Shown: piece after piece, positions 42,444-51,621 of the stretch
How positions within the stretch are numbered: position 1 is the stretch's first letter
How the letters are laid out: every line of letters begins with the position of its first letter
Source: Alphaproteobacteria bacterium
Lineage (GTDB): Bacteria > Pseudomonadota > Alphaproteobacteria > UBA828
Length of the DNA: 64,000 bases
Direction: 5' to 3'
Assembly: GCA_965214705.1 (NCBI GenBank)
Contig: CBDCCI010000002.1
Span: 384,001-448,000, forward strand
Program-made: the position numbers and the translations under genes
Notes under the pieces: generated by a model
The model's input: only the letters and a program-made list of their open reading frames with translations
Database searches by the model: none
What the model was told of the DNA's origin: nothing

Positions 42444-44494
42444 CAACAGCAATGAGGATTCTGCTGACGATCAAAAAAATGCCGCAGGCAGCGTCCTTCC
42501 CGCACTCGGCCACCATCCCGGGAAATCCACCAACCAATCAAAGTGAGAAAAAAACCCGTGCTTCTATCCGGCTAGACCGGAAAACAACACCGCCGGAGCC
42601 CGGGGACGCATTCGTCGAGTGATGATCGTGGCAGTCGCCCGCAAGCTGCTCATCGCGCTGTGGCGGTTCTCCGAGACCGGTCTCGTGCCGACGGGCGCTA
42701 GGCTCGCCTGACGCCGGGACCGCAACTCTCTAGCCCGGCCGGACGCGGCCGACGCTGGGCCGGGTGGCGAGTGGCCGAACTTCACCAGGGCTGAAATACG
42801 CCGAGTCGTAGATGGGCCCCGCCTCCGGAACGCTGCAGCCCGCAGCAAACGGGATTGAGGGACGGGTCCGGTGCATCGCCACCGGTCACCGCCCGGATAA
42901 AAGGTGGGTGTGCGCTCAAGCGCGACCGATAGCGAGCGTTCCGACCTGGCAACGCGCTGATCCGGTCAACCACGAGGGAGGAATGGCATGCAGTGAAGCT
43001 CCGCTTCCATCCCCATCTGCACGTGGTCGTCCCCAACGCGGGCTTCGACGTCGCGAACGGCGAGTGGAAGACCGGGAGCGGCACCTTCCTTGCCCCCGTC
43101 AAGGTCCTCGCCAGCCTGTTCCGCCGCCGCTTCCTCGAAGACCTCGCCCGCGCCCATGGGCGGGGGGAGCTGGAGTTCCACGGCACCGTCGCCCATCTCG
43201 CCAACCCCGGCGAGTTCCACGCCGCCCTCGCCGCCGCCCGCGGCAGGGACTGGGTAGTCTACGCCAAGCGGCCCTTCCGCGGGCCGGCCCAGGTGTTCCG
43301 ATACCTCGCCCGCTACACCCACCGGATCGCCATCGGTGACAGCCGCATCACAGGCTTCGATGGCGAGACCGTCTCCTTCCGGCACCGGAAGCCGAAGCAG
43401 GCGGGGCAGAAGAAGCCGCGCTACGGCACCATGACTGTCAGCGCCGACGAGTTCATCCGCCGCTTCCTGCTCCATGTCCTTCCCGACGGGATGCACCGCA
43501 TCCGTCACTTCGGCATCCTCTCCAACGGATGCCGGACCACGACGTTGGCCAGCGCGCGCGAGGCTTTCGGCTCTATCGGCTGCCCCGACGATGAGTGTGT
43601 GGACGACGATGCGCCCGAAGGCCAACGTGAGCGTGACGAAGCAGCGGAGCCCGCGGCCGCTCCCGTCGCCTGTCCCGATTGCGGAGCGCCGCTGCGCCTC
43701 GCCCAGTCTCACCAATGTAGCCGGTGAATCTCACCCGAAGTAGCCGGCGAATCTCATCCAAAGTAGCCACCCGATCTCAGCAAAGTAGCCACCCCGGAGC
43801 GAAGCGACGCGGTTACGTTTTTGTGGGCGGTTCTCCCTCCGCGATTTCTCCGTGATCGGTACCACCGCCGAAGGCCCGGTGGCAAGGCGGTGGAGCATGG
43901 TGCGCGCGCGGCGCGTGAGACCCCTCACGCGTCTGGCGGCGCGCGCGCGCCATGCCTGGCACCATCCGTCCCGCCCCTCCGACGCCCCGGAGCGGAGCGA
44001 CGATCACGCCGCGCGCAGCGCGGCGCTCTGTAGTCGCGTTCATGCCTTTTTCCCTGCGGCAGCGTCGTCGATACGCATGGACGTGCCGTGCAGCTCGATG
44101 CGGATGGCACCATGGACGAGGCGGTCGAGGATGGCGTCGGCGACCGTGGGATCGTTGAGCTGGCGGTGCCAATCGGCCACCGGCAACTGGCTGGTGACGA
44201 TCACCGAGCGCCGGCCGAAGCGGTCGTCGAGGATTTCGAGGAGATCGCGCGCGCGAGCCGCATCGATGGGCGCGATGCCCCAGTCGTCGAGGATCAGCAC
44301 CTCGATGCGGGCGAGGTCGCGGTAGAGCTTCGGGATCGTGCCCTCGCCATGGGCGATGCGCAGCTCGGTGAGCAGCCTGGGCACGCGGTGGTACTGGGCG
44401 ATGTGGCCCTCGAGGCACGCCTTGTGGCCAAGGGCACAGGAGATCCAGATACCATGAGCACGGTGGCATCGAATCGCGTCTGGCAGTTAGAGAA

Positions 44495-44528
44495 GCTCGG
44501 AGAGAAGGCCAGCACCTTCTCTCCGAGC
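44495..44528 (+). promoter_or_regulatory. Perfect 14-bp hairpin upstream of the IS110 transposase
   Basis: GCTCGGAGAGAAGG-ccagca-CCTTCTCTCCGAGC. Confidence 0.55.
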
Positions 44529-44554
44529 GGAATCGTCAACAACGGAGTGGACGG

Positions 44555-45751
44555 ATGTCGGATGGTCCAGACACGACCGCGCTGACAGGCGCAAGTAGTA
44601 GCACGATTTATGTCGCGGTGGAGATCAGCCTCAAATCGTGGATTGTGGGCGTGCATTGCCCGGATGCCTCGGGTGGCAGCATCAGCATCCACACACTGGC
44701 TGCTGCCGACACGGCGGGACTGTTGGATCTCGTCGGGTCGGTGCGGGAACGGGTGGCGAGGGAGCTCGGCGCCCGTCCTCGGGTGATGCTGACCTACGAG
44801 GCGGGCTACGAGGGGTTCTGGCTGGCCCGCGATATCGAGCGCCGTGACGCGGAGATCGATATCTTCATGAACGATCCGGCGAGCCTGCGGGTGAACCGGC
44901 GCGCCAAGAAGAAAAAGACCGACCGCATCGACGCGAGGAGAATGGTTCGGGCTCTGAAGGCATGGGACCAAGGCGATTCGGAGGCCATGTCCTGGGTGCG
45001 CGTGCCCGACGTGGACCGGGAGGACGCCAAGCGCCTGCTGCGCGAGAGGGACACGCTGATCAGCGAGCGTACCCGCGTCAACAACCGGATCAAAGGGCTC
45101 TTGCAGTTGCACGGCATCTTCGATCTGGCGCCGCGCAAGCCGGACTTCCTCGAACGCCTCGCGGCCGCGCGGACGGGCTATGGGGCGCCGTTGCCGCCGC
45201 GGGCGCGTGCGGAGATCGAGAGGGCGGTGCGGATGCTTCGCCTGGTTGAGGACCATATCGAGATGATCGAGGCCGAGAAGAAGGCCCTGCTGAAGGCTGG
45301 CCGGAAAACCCAGGACGCGACCGACGGTGACGGGACGGCGATGATCGCGGCGCTTACGCGCATCCACGGCATCGGCCTCAATGACGCCACACTGCTGGCT
45401 GGCGAGGTGTTCTATCGGGACTTCCGCAATCGCCGGGAGTTGGGCAGCTGGGCCGGGTTGACGTCGGTGCCGTGGGCGAGCGGAGATGTCGACCACGATC
45501 TTGGCATCAGCAAGGCCGGCCCCTCGCATGTCAGGAAGCACATGATCCAGATGGCCTGGCGCTGGTTGAAACTGCAACCGGAAAGCGCGATCACGAAGTG
45601 GTTCCATGCCTACGTCGCCAGGGATGCCGGTGGCGGGAGGGACCGGCGAGCGAGGAAGCGGGCGATCGTGGGGGTCGCGCGCAAGCTGCTGATCGCGCTG
45701 TGGCGCTATGCCACCCAGGGACTGGTGCCCGAGGGCGCCATCGTCTCCTGA
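44555..45751 (+). CDS. IS110-family recombinase/transposase
   Basis: VAVEIS, YEAG, KTDRIDA, WASG...GISKAG, VARKLLIALWR. Confidence 0.93.
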   Translation: MSDGPDTTALTGASSSTIYVAVEISLKSWIVGVHCPDASGGSISIHTLAAADTAGLLDLVGSVRERVARELGARPRVMLTYEAGYEGFWLARDIERRDAEIDIFMNDPASLRVNRRAKKKKTDRIDARRMVRALKAWDQGDSEAMSWVRVPDVDREDAKRLLRERDTLISERTRVNNRIKGLLQLHGIFDLAPRKPDFLERLAAARTGYGAPLPPRARAEIERAVRMLRLVEDHIEMIEAEKKALLKAGRKTQDATDGDGTAMIAALTRIHGIGLNDATLLAGEVFYRDFRNRRELGSWAGLTSVPWASGDVDHDLGISKAGPSHVRKHMIQMAWRWLKLQPESAITKWFHAYVARDAGGGRDRRARKRAIVGVARKLLIALWRYATQGLVPEGAIVS

Positions 45752-45789
45752 GGACAGCAGCCGAACGAACAGGAGAATACAGGAGGTTC

Positions 45790-46020
45790 CGACGTGGTCG
45801 GACGCGGCCGCGGAGGATGCCGGGCAAGGCGTGTGACCGGGCAAGAGTTGGGTCGCCGCTTGGCACCGTTCTACAGATGGGTCCCGCCTCCCGGAACGTC
45901 GTTACCGCTTGGATGCGGTATTGGGGTCACGGAGCCGGCAAGCGCCGGAGTTCCGAACCGGATAAGAGCTGAGCAGCGTGACGAATCGCTGCGTGGGAAG
46001 GACGTTCTGCCTGGCCATCA
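45790..46020 (+). ncRNA. Candidate bridge/seek RNA of IS110 element A (ends approximate)
   Basis: Target match at 45838-51; donor matches at 45917-22 and 45962-68; scaffold shared with two sibling ends. Confidence 0.75.
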
Positions 46021-46446
46021 ACCGCGGACTCGAAGGGGAGAACAGGAATGCCATTGACGTAGATGAAGCCGGGCCTTGCGGAGAGAGCTCATAAGAACTC
46101 TTGCCCGTGCCGCACGGTCCGGTGATCAGGATGTTGGCGCCGTTGCGGACCCAGGCGCAGTCTGCGAGGCCGAGCACGAGACTGCGGTCGAGGCCGCGCG
46201 GACGGCTCAGGTTGATATCCTCGAAGCAGGCGTCCTGATGGCGCAGCTGCGCCCTCTTGAGGCGCCGCTGCAGGGCCCTGGAGCGGCGCTCGGCGATCTC
46301 GCGATCGATCAGCAGCGCGAGCCGATCCTCGAAGGGCATGTCGTCGAGGTCGTTGCGCGCCACCTGCTCGAGGAAGGCGGCGTGCATGCCTGGCAGGCGC
46401 AGCGAGGCGATGCGCTCGGCCAGCGGGTGGGAGACGGGGTTTTCGG

Positions 46447-47979
46447 TCATCGGTAGGCCTCCGGTCCTCTGATGTTGGAATGATCGATGGGCATGGTCTC
46501 GGGTTCCTGCTCGGCGGCGGCGCGGTCGGCGCCGGTGCGCAGGATGTTCTCGAGCCCGCGGTAGCTCCGCGTGCCGAGCTCGAGCGCGTAGCGGCAGGCG
46601 CCGTCGAAGCGGTCCTGCTCGTAGCTCTTGGCCAGCCGGAGGACGCCGTAGCAGGCACGGAAGCCGAACTCCGGATTGTTCTGCCGCTTCATGAGCGCGA
46701 CGATGTAGGCGTGGACATGGGGCCCGATATCGCGCGCGTTCTTCTCCAGCTGGGCGCGGGTGGCCTCGACGCCGGCGCGTTGGTGCGCCTTCGGTTTGTG
46801 CTCTTCGACGGTGGTGGCGCGGCCCCTGGCTGAGCTGCGGATATGGCTGGCGACGTGCCGGCCCCGGAGGAAGACGTCGATCAGGTTGTCGCGCAGGCGG
46901 ACGTCGACCTCCTTGCCGATGAGCTCGTGGGGCACCGAGTAGAAGTGGTAATCGATGGCGATGTGATAATCGCGGTGGACCGTGTTCTTGCGCCACACGG
47001 TGTGCTGCCAGCGCCGTTCCGGCAGCGGCTTCATGTGGGGGCGGTCGACGCTCTCGAAGCGGCCGTAGCGGTTCTCGCCGGTGCCGTCGGCATAGGGCCG
47101 GCTGTTGATCTTCCTGACCTGGGCGGCGATCGCGCGGTTGGCCGATGGCAGATCATGGAAGACGCGCTTGCGCAGGGGCGCGAGAATCCAGCGCTCGCCC
47201 TGGAGCACGCCGTTCTCGACCAGGGCTTTGTCGCGCGGCTTCTTCACGCGCGCCGGGAAGCCCTGAACGTCATAGTGTTCGAGCAGATCGGCGTAGGTCT
47301 CGTTGAGGACCGGCTCGTAGCGCGAGGGCTTGATCACCGCCGGCTTGATGTTGTCGGGCACCACGACCTGCGGCACGCAGCCCATATCCTTGAAGCAGCG
47401 CACGTGCGAGGCGCACCAGTCCTCGATCTTCTGGCTGAGCGTCGCCTCGGCGTAGAGCCGCCCCGAGACGCCCATCGAGGCTACGAACACCTGCGCCTCG
47501 TGCTCGGCCCCGTCGATCATGATCGGGATCGTCATGCCGGCGTAATCGACGAACAGCCTCTCGCCGGGACGGCGGTTCTGGCGCATCGTCGCGTCCCGGC
47601 GCGGCCGCCACTCCCGGAAGCGGCGGCACCAGGTCGGATAGCTCATGCCGCCGGGATGGGTCTCGCGCCATTCCTCCCACAGCAGTTTCAGGGTCACGCC
47701 CTGCTCGGACAGGTCCGTCTCGACCTTCGCCCAGTCCACCTCCTGCTGCGGCGCGGCTTGCGTGGGCGCCGGAAACAGCGCCGCCTCCAGCGCCTCCTCG
47801 GCCATGTCGCCGGCTTCCGGCCAACTCAACCCGGACGCCGCGAACCGCTCCAGGACCGACGCCACCGAGCGTCGCGCCATACCGCAGTGGGTTGCGATCA
47901 CGCGGGCGCTGCGTCCCTCCTCGAAATGGAAACCAAGAACCTTCTTCACCTTTCTCATCGGCAACCTTCCCCGTGCCAT
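46447..47979 (-). CDS. istA: IS21 transposase IstA
   Basis: PGERLFVDYAG, VVPDN, PRDKALVENGV, HFYSVPH. Confidence 0.93.
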   Translation of the reverse strand: MARGRLPMRKVKKVLGFHFEEGRSARVIATHCGMARRSVASVLERFAASGLSWPEAGDMAEEALEAALFPAPTQAAPQQEVDWAKVETDLSEQGVTLKLLWEEWRETHPGGMSYPTWCRRFREWRPRRDATMRQNRRPGERLFVDYAGMTIPIMIDGAEHEAQVFVASMGVSGRLYAEATLSQKIEDWCASHVRCFKDMGCVPQVVVPDNIKPAVIKPSRYEPVLNETYADLLEHYDVQGFPARVKKPRDKALVENGVLQGERWILAPLRKRVFHDLPSANRAIAAQVRKINSRPYADGTGENRYGRFESVDRPHMKPLPERRWQHTVWRKNTVHRDYHIAIDYHFYSVPHELIGKEVDVRLRDNLIDVFLRGRHVASHIRSSARGRATTVEEHKPKAHQRAGVEATRAQLEKNARDIGPHVHAYIVALMKRQNNPEFGFRACYGVLRLAKSYEQDRFDGACRYALELGTRSYRGLENILRTGADRAAAEQEPETMPIDHSNIRGPEAYR

Positions 47980-48542
47980 CCCAGCCCCCCTCGGATGAGT
48001 CGCGAAATCCGACGGGTAGGACGGCGCTCTGAGTCGCACCAAAAGCCGCCGCCCCGAGGGGGTGGCTACTTTCGGTGAGACCGGGTGGCTACTTTCGGTG
48101 AGATTCGGCGGCTACTTTGCCTGAGATTGGGTGGCTACTTTCGTGAAATTCGGCACGTCCGCCAGATCCCTCGCCAGCGTCCCGCCCACGCGAGCCGGGC
48201 GCCACCCGACGGGTGCCCGAACACGGGTCGCAGCCGTGGGTAATCCCTTCGCTTCAGCTTCGTGCGTCCGCGCCGTCCCGATGGCGAGCCAGATGACCCG
48301 TGCGCAATCTCACTCGCGGCCGAAGCCGTCCCGCCGGCTCAGGGCGATCTCCCCAATTCCTGTGACCATGGGCGTCGCGACGCTGGCGGAAACAGCAGCG
48401 TCGACCATAGGCATCCCGCCAATCGTCCCTTCGTAAGCGCGCCACCAGTGCACTTTCCACATACCGGCCACCCGAGCTCGGGGGCCCGCGGCTTCGTTCA
48501 ACCAGGTTGAGCAGGCTCTGGCGAACCTGCTCAACCCTAAAG

Positions 48543-48623
48543 ATTATGCCGACAACGCTTGAGAAAAAGCCCGGGGATTCAATGCCCCGGGCTGCAAACG
48601 CGGCATAACCCTATTGTCGGCAT
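48543..48623. repeat. Short palindromic segment resembling a RIT-element end
   Basis: TTATGCCG...CGGCATAA; ATGCCGACAA/TTGTCGGCAT IR; internal GCCCGGGG hairpin; truncates the DUF4338 ORF. Confidence 0.4.
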
Positions 48624-49231
48624 GGCGCGAGTTGTTGGCGATCAGATGCAGGCGCCGGAACTGCTGCTCCGCCGACCACCCGATCCAGCGATCCCGCGCG
48701 CCCAGCTTGAACGCGCCAGGCTGCCAGCCGATCAGTGCGAGCCAAGTCTCGCCGTGCACCGCGACATGGCGCAGGCCCTTGCCGATGACGCCGTGGAACG
48801 CCAGATAGTGGTGCTCCTCAACCAGCCGGTCCCAGCGCCGGTGCTCCTGCGCGCCCCAGGTCGGGCGCACCGTGACCGCGCGCAGATCAATGGACGAATC
48901 CAGAACCGGCAGCGTCGCCATGAGCGGCACACTGCCACATCGAGAACAGAATGGTCAGCCCCGACTTCAGCTCAACCTGCTCGACCGGCGGACAATAAAT
49001 GCGCCCTGCGATCGACCGCGAGGTCCTGGCGTCAACACGAGCCTCGATACGACCTCAGCCAACTGTCCAGTCGCCGTTCAGCTTGCGATCTTCCCCTCGC
49101 CGCGGGGAGGGGGACCCGGTCTGGCCAAACGTCACGCAGCCGCCTGCCGCCAGGAACGCCACTACTTTGTCATCCACCGACGCGCCGCCATTGCAGCGCG
49201 CCAAGTCATCGTTCTTCATCGTCACCCCGTG
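48624..49231 (-). pseudogene. DUF4338/ISAs1-type element 5' remnant
   Basis: EHHYL...RDRWIGW...LIANNSR, then cut; leader homologous to 51690-51790. Confidence 0.7.
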
Positions 49232-49237
49232 GTGTTC

Positions 49238-49996
49238 TCACGTCGCGTCGAAGCGATAGCCAAAAGCATCAATCATCTTGTCGCAGAGCCTGGCGACATA
49301 TTCTCTCGACCAGTTGGAGTAGTAGTCGCGATGGTCGTCACACTTCTTTCTGGACTCATTCTTCGTTCTCGGCAGGGATTCCAGTGGCAATTTCAACAGC
49401 CGGCATACATGGTTGAAGTCGTGCTGCAGGTTCTCGTAACGAATATAGTAGTCCGCGTACTCGAGCCCGTCGATAAAGTAGAAATCCGGGATTTCCGAGA
49501 TATATGGAAACATCTCCGTCTTCAGAACAAGTTCGACACTCTTCCTGGGGTGGCCGCTTATGAAGCCGCGCCGCGCCTGGCGTCGCAGCAGGCTCCGGCG
49601 CACATCACGCAGACTGCGGACGCGGAGCAGATTCGAGCCGGGGATGTCCGGCCAATTGGGACCGAACTTCCAGTGGAGGAAAGACACGATCAGGTCCCAC
49701 GGGTTTCTGATCGTGGTGAACTTGAAATATTCGTTCCAAATGTCCGTGCCTACCTTCTCCCGGATCGTGCCGGGCAGGTAGTGCCCGTGGAGCTGATCTA
49801 CCGTGTCCGTAAAGGCCTCCGTATTTTTCTCCGACATGACGCCGAAGTTGTCGGTGTCCACGCCGGGACGGAATACCTCACCGCCGGAGATCACGTCCTC
49901 ATGCCCACACGAGCGGGATAACGAGATTTGGACGCTGCCGCTAGCGACCTTCCGTGGACGCACGAATATGTATCTGTGCTTGTGAGATATGATCAC
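49238..49996 (-). CDS. Sulfotransferase family 2 protein
   Basis: MIISHKHRYIFV..RKVASGS, FTTIRNPWD, IRYENL..DF, FGYRF. Confidence 0.85.
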   Translation of the reverse strand: MIISHKHRYIFVRPRKVASGSVQISLSRSCGHEDVISGGEVFRPGVDTDNFGVMSEKNTEAFTDTVDQLHGHYLPGTIREKVGTDIWNEYFKFTTIRNPWDLIVSFLHWKFGPNWPDIPGSNLLRVRSLRDVRRSLLRRQARRGFISGHPRKSVELVLKTEMFPYISEIPDFYFIDGLEYADYYIRYENLQHDFNHVCRLLKLPLESLPRTKNESRKKCDDHRDYYSNWSREYVARLCDKMIDAFGYRFDAT

Positions 49997-51531
49997 AGCA
50001 GCCTCTCTGGCCGAACCGCCCGCAATCGGCTAACCACCGACCGCCAAACCGAACGGCGGAGCTGTTTCAGGAGCGACCATGCTTCCGCGGGGCTGTGGAT
50101 GTCCTGTACTCTGTCAAGCAGGCGGCTCCATCTGGTGGCTTGTCCCGTGGCTGTCGCAGAGATGTGATCCACATCATCCAGCGGCTCCGCGAGCCTGATC
50201 TTCAGCTTGGCGGCGGATACCGTCACCAAATCGCCGAAATCCGAGGGCTTGCCGCCGATACGGCGCGCGCGGTGGAGTGCCCACGTCCGGGTAATCGACA
50301 CCTCAGACCCATCCGGGAGTCTCGATACCCCGGCGACCGCGTCTGAAAGTGCTGCGCGCAAACGATGCACGAGCCCCTTGGCGAACACCGCGGCGGCGGG
50401 AATCCTGACGTGGAACGAAGTAGTGGGGAACTCGTCAAGCGCGTTGCCGGCGGTGGCGACGCGTACGCGCGGGTCCGAACCGAACTCGTACTCGATCCAT
50501 GCCTGTCGATCATCATCATCGCACTCAAGCGTTTCGATTCTCACCACGAGGTCATGCACGCGATCGGCCAGGATGGTCCCGACGGACCTGATGACTTGAC
50601 CGGCCGGATGATGTCCCGCTTCGATGGTCACCACGGTCTGTGGAACCGTGAAGATTCGCCTGAGCCTCTCCTTGCGATAGCTGTCGTGGGCAATGAGGTG
50701 AGCCGCCTTGCTGCGCAGTATTCCGCGAATCCTTCGCTTGAAGTCTCGGTTCTCCTCCCACGTGCCCTGATGCCAGGTCGAGGCATCACGAAGCGGCACC
50801 AGCAGTCCACCTTGGGTATAAGCGCGATAGCCGAGTTCGGTGTCATCCACTCCCACACCAAAGCGCATGAACGATTCGTCGCTCCCGCCCAGCAACCAGT
50901 AGAAATCCTTGCGGATACCGAGGTTTCCACCGATCGTCACCTTGAACAGATCGTCAGCTTTCGACGTCAGATCGTTGGTTTCGACCAAGTAGTCTTCGAC
51001 CCAGGGCACGTGTACCGAGCGGTCCGAAAACAGTTCCTTCAAAGGCCCCGATCGGTACCGGATCGTCTCCACGTCGACGTCGTCCACCACCACATGGTTG
51101 TGGAATCCGAGCGTCAGAGCGTCGGAGAGGACGTGGTGCCACCTGGCGTGCGCCGAAATCCAGTCCGTCTCGACGAGCACATCGTTGTCGAGAAAGAGGA
51201 GGATGTCATAAGCGGCCGACCGGACGCCGGTGTTGCGCGCCCTGGCAAGCCCGAACCCGCGCCGAGCTTGGCGCACCACCTTGATGTTCAAGCAGGTTGA
51301 GTGAGGACTCGCGAGCGGAGGCTCCGACCCGTCGTCGACGATCACCACCTCAAAGAGACCCCGCGGGTACGTCTGACCTTCCAGCGACGCCAAGGTTTTC
51401 GCTATCTCGGCGGGAGCTTGGTAGTAGGGAATGATCACGCTGACAGGTCGAGTGGGTGTGAATGCCTCCAGCGCCGGCACGTCCACTTGGCGCCAGTCGT
51501 TGTAGCGTACGGATGCGGCTTCTGGCTTCAT
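49993..51531 (-). CDS. Family 2 glycosyltransferase (third paralog)
   Basis: SVRYNDWRQV, VDDGS, FLDND, DTELGYR. Confidence 0.88.
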   Translation of the reverse strand: MKPEAASVRYNDWRQVDVPALEAFTPTRPVSVIIPYYQAPAEIAKTLASLEGQTYPRGLFEVVIVDDGSEPPLASPHSTCLNIKVVRQARRGFGLARARNTGVRSAAYDILLFLDNDVLVETDWISAHARWHHVLSDALTLGFHNHVVVDDVDVETIRYRSGPLKELFSDRSVHVPWVEDYLVETNDLTSKADDLFKVTIGGNLGIRKDFYWLLGGSDESFMRFGVGVDDTELGYRAYTQGGLLVPLRDASTWHQGTWEENRDFKRRIRGILRSKAAHLIAHDSYRKERLRRIFTVPQTVVTIEAGHHPAGQVIRSVGTILADRVHDLVVRIETLECDDDDRQAWIEYEFGSDPRVRVATAGNALDEFPTTSFHVRIPAAAVFAKGLVHRLRAALSDAVAGVSRLPDGSEVSITRTWALHRARRIGGKPSDFGDLVTVSAAKLKIRLAEPLDDVDHISATATGQATRWSRLLDRVQDIHSPAEAWSLLKQLRRSVWRSVVSRLRAVRPERLL

Positions 51532-51621
51532 CCTTTGTTCCGCACCTATCCGGTTAGCCAAGGCAAATTTGTCAAAGCCTGATTTTTGAGTTCTGCGCTA
51601 TCAGTTGACCTTGGGTCTGGT

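Larger units (their letters stand above)
38037..42589 (-). mobile_element. Four-gene transposon with TGTTGTTT...AAACAACA ends
   Basis: 5-bp TSD CCGCC (38032-36, 42590-94); repeated TTATTTGACG near the 38037 end. Confidence 0.9.
37393..42995 (+). mobile_element. IS110-family remnant B: transposase (37393-38036 plus 42595-42711) split by a transposon, then partial 3' end
   Basis: WFDERTA|GARGRIRRVMIVAVARKLL rejoins across the CCGCC duplication. Confidence 0.82.
44448..46096 (+). mobile_element. Intact IS110-family (IS1111-type) element A
   Basis: Removing it restores the istB frame; subterminal IR ATGAGC/GCTCAT; about 345-bp 3' non-coding end; no TSD. Confidence 0.92.
44040..46450 (-). pseudogene. 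istB: IstB split by IS110 at its Walker A motif
   Basis: TGPCGTGKS|WISCALGHKAC...LILDDWG...DAILDRLVH. Confidence 0.9.
43700..48155 (-). mobile_element. IS21-family element with multiple terminal repeats
   Basis: Arrays of about 23-bp AAAGTAGCC units at 43700-43795 and inverted at 48060-48155; contains istA and istB. Confidence 0.9.
42993..48243 (+). pseudogene. IS91-family (Y2) transposase 3' part, split by IS21
   Basis: HPHLH, WVVYAK, YLARYTHR, IRHFG, CPDCGAPLRL|VRQIP...RAPP. Confidence 0.85.

Noticed and set aside
42985-43005. AGTGAAGCT as the target of IS110-B's guide
   Set aside because: Only a partial match, and it also resembles element A's own internal sequence; the B end is truncated
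43700-43795. Short tandem repeats as a mini-CRISPR (also 48060-48155)
   Set aside because: No unique spacers; they are inverted at the two ends of an IS21 and fit transposase-binding repeats
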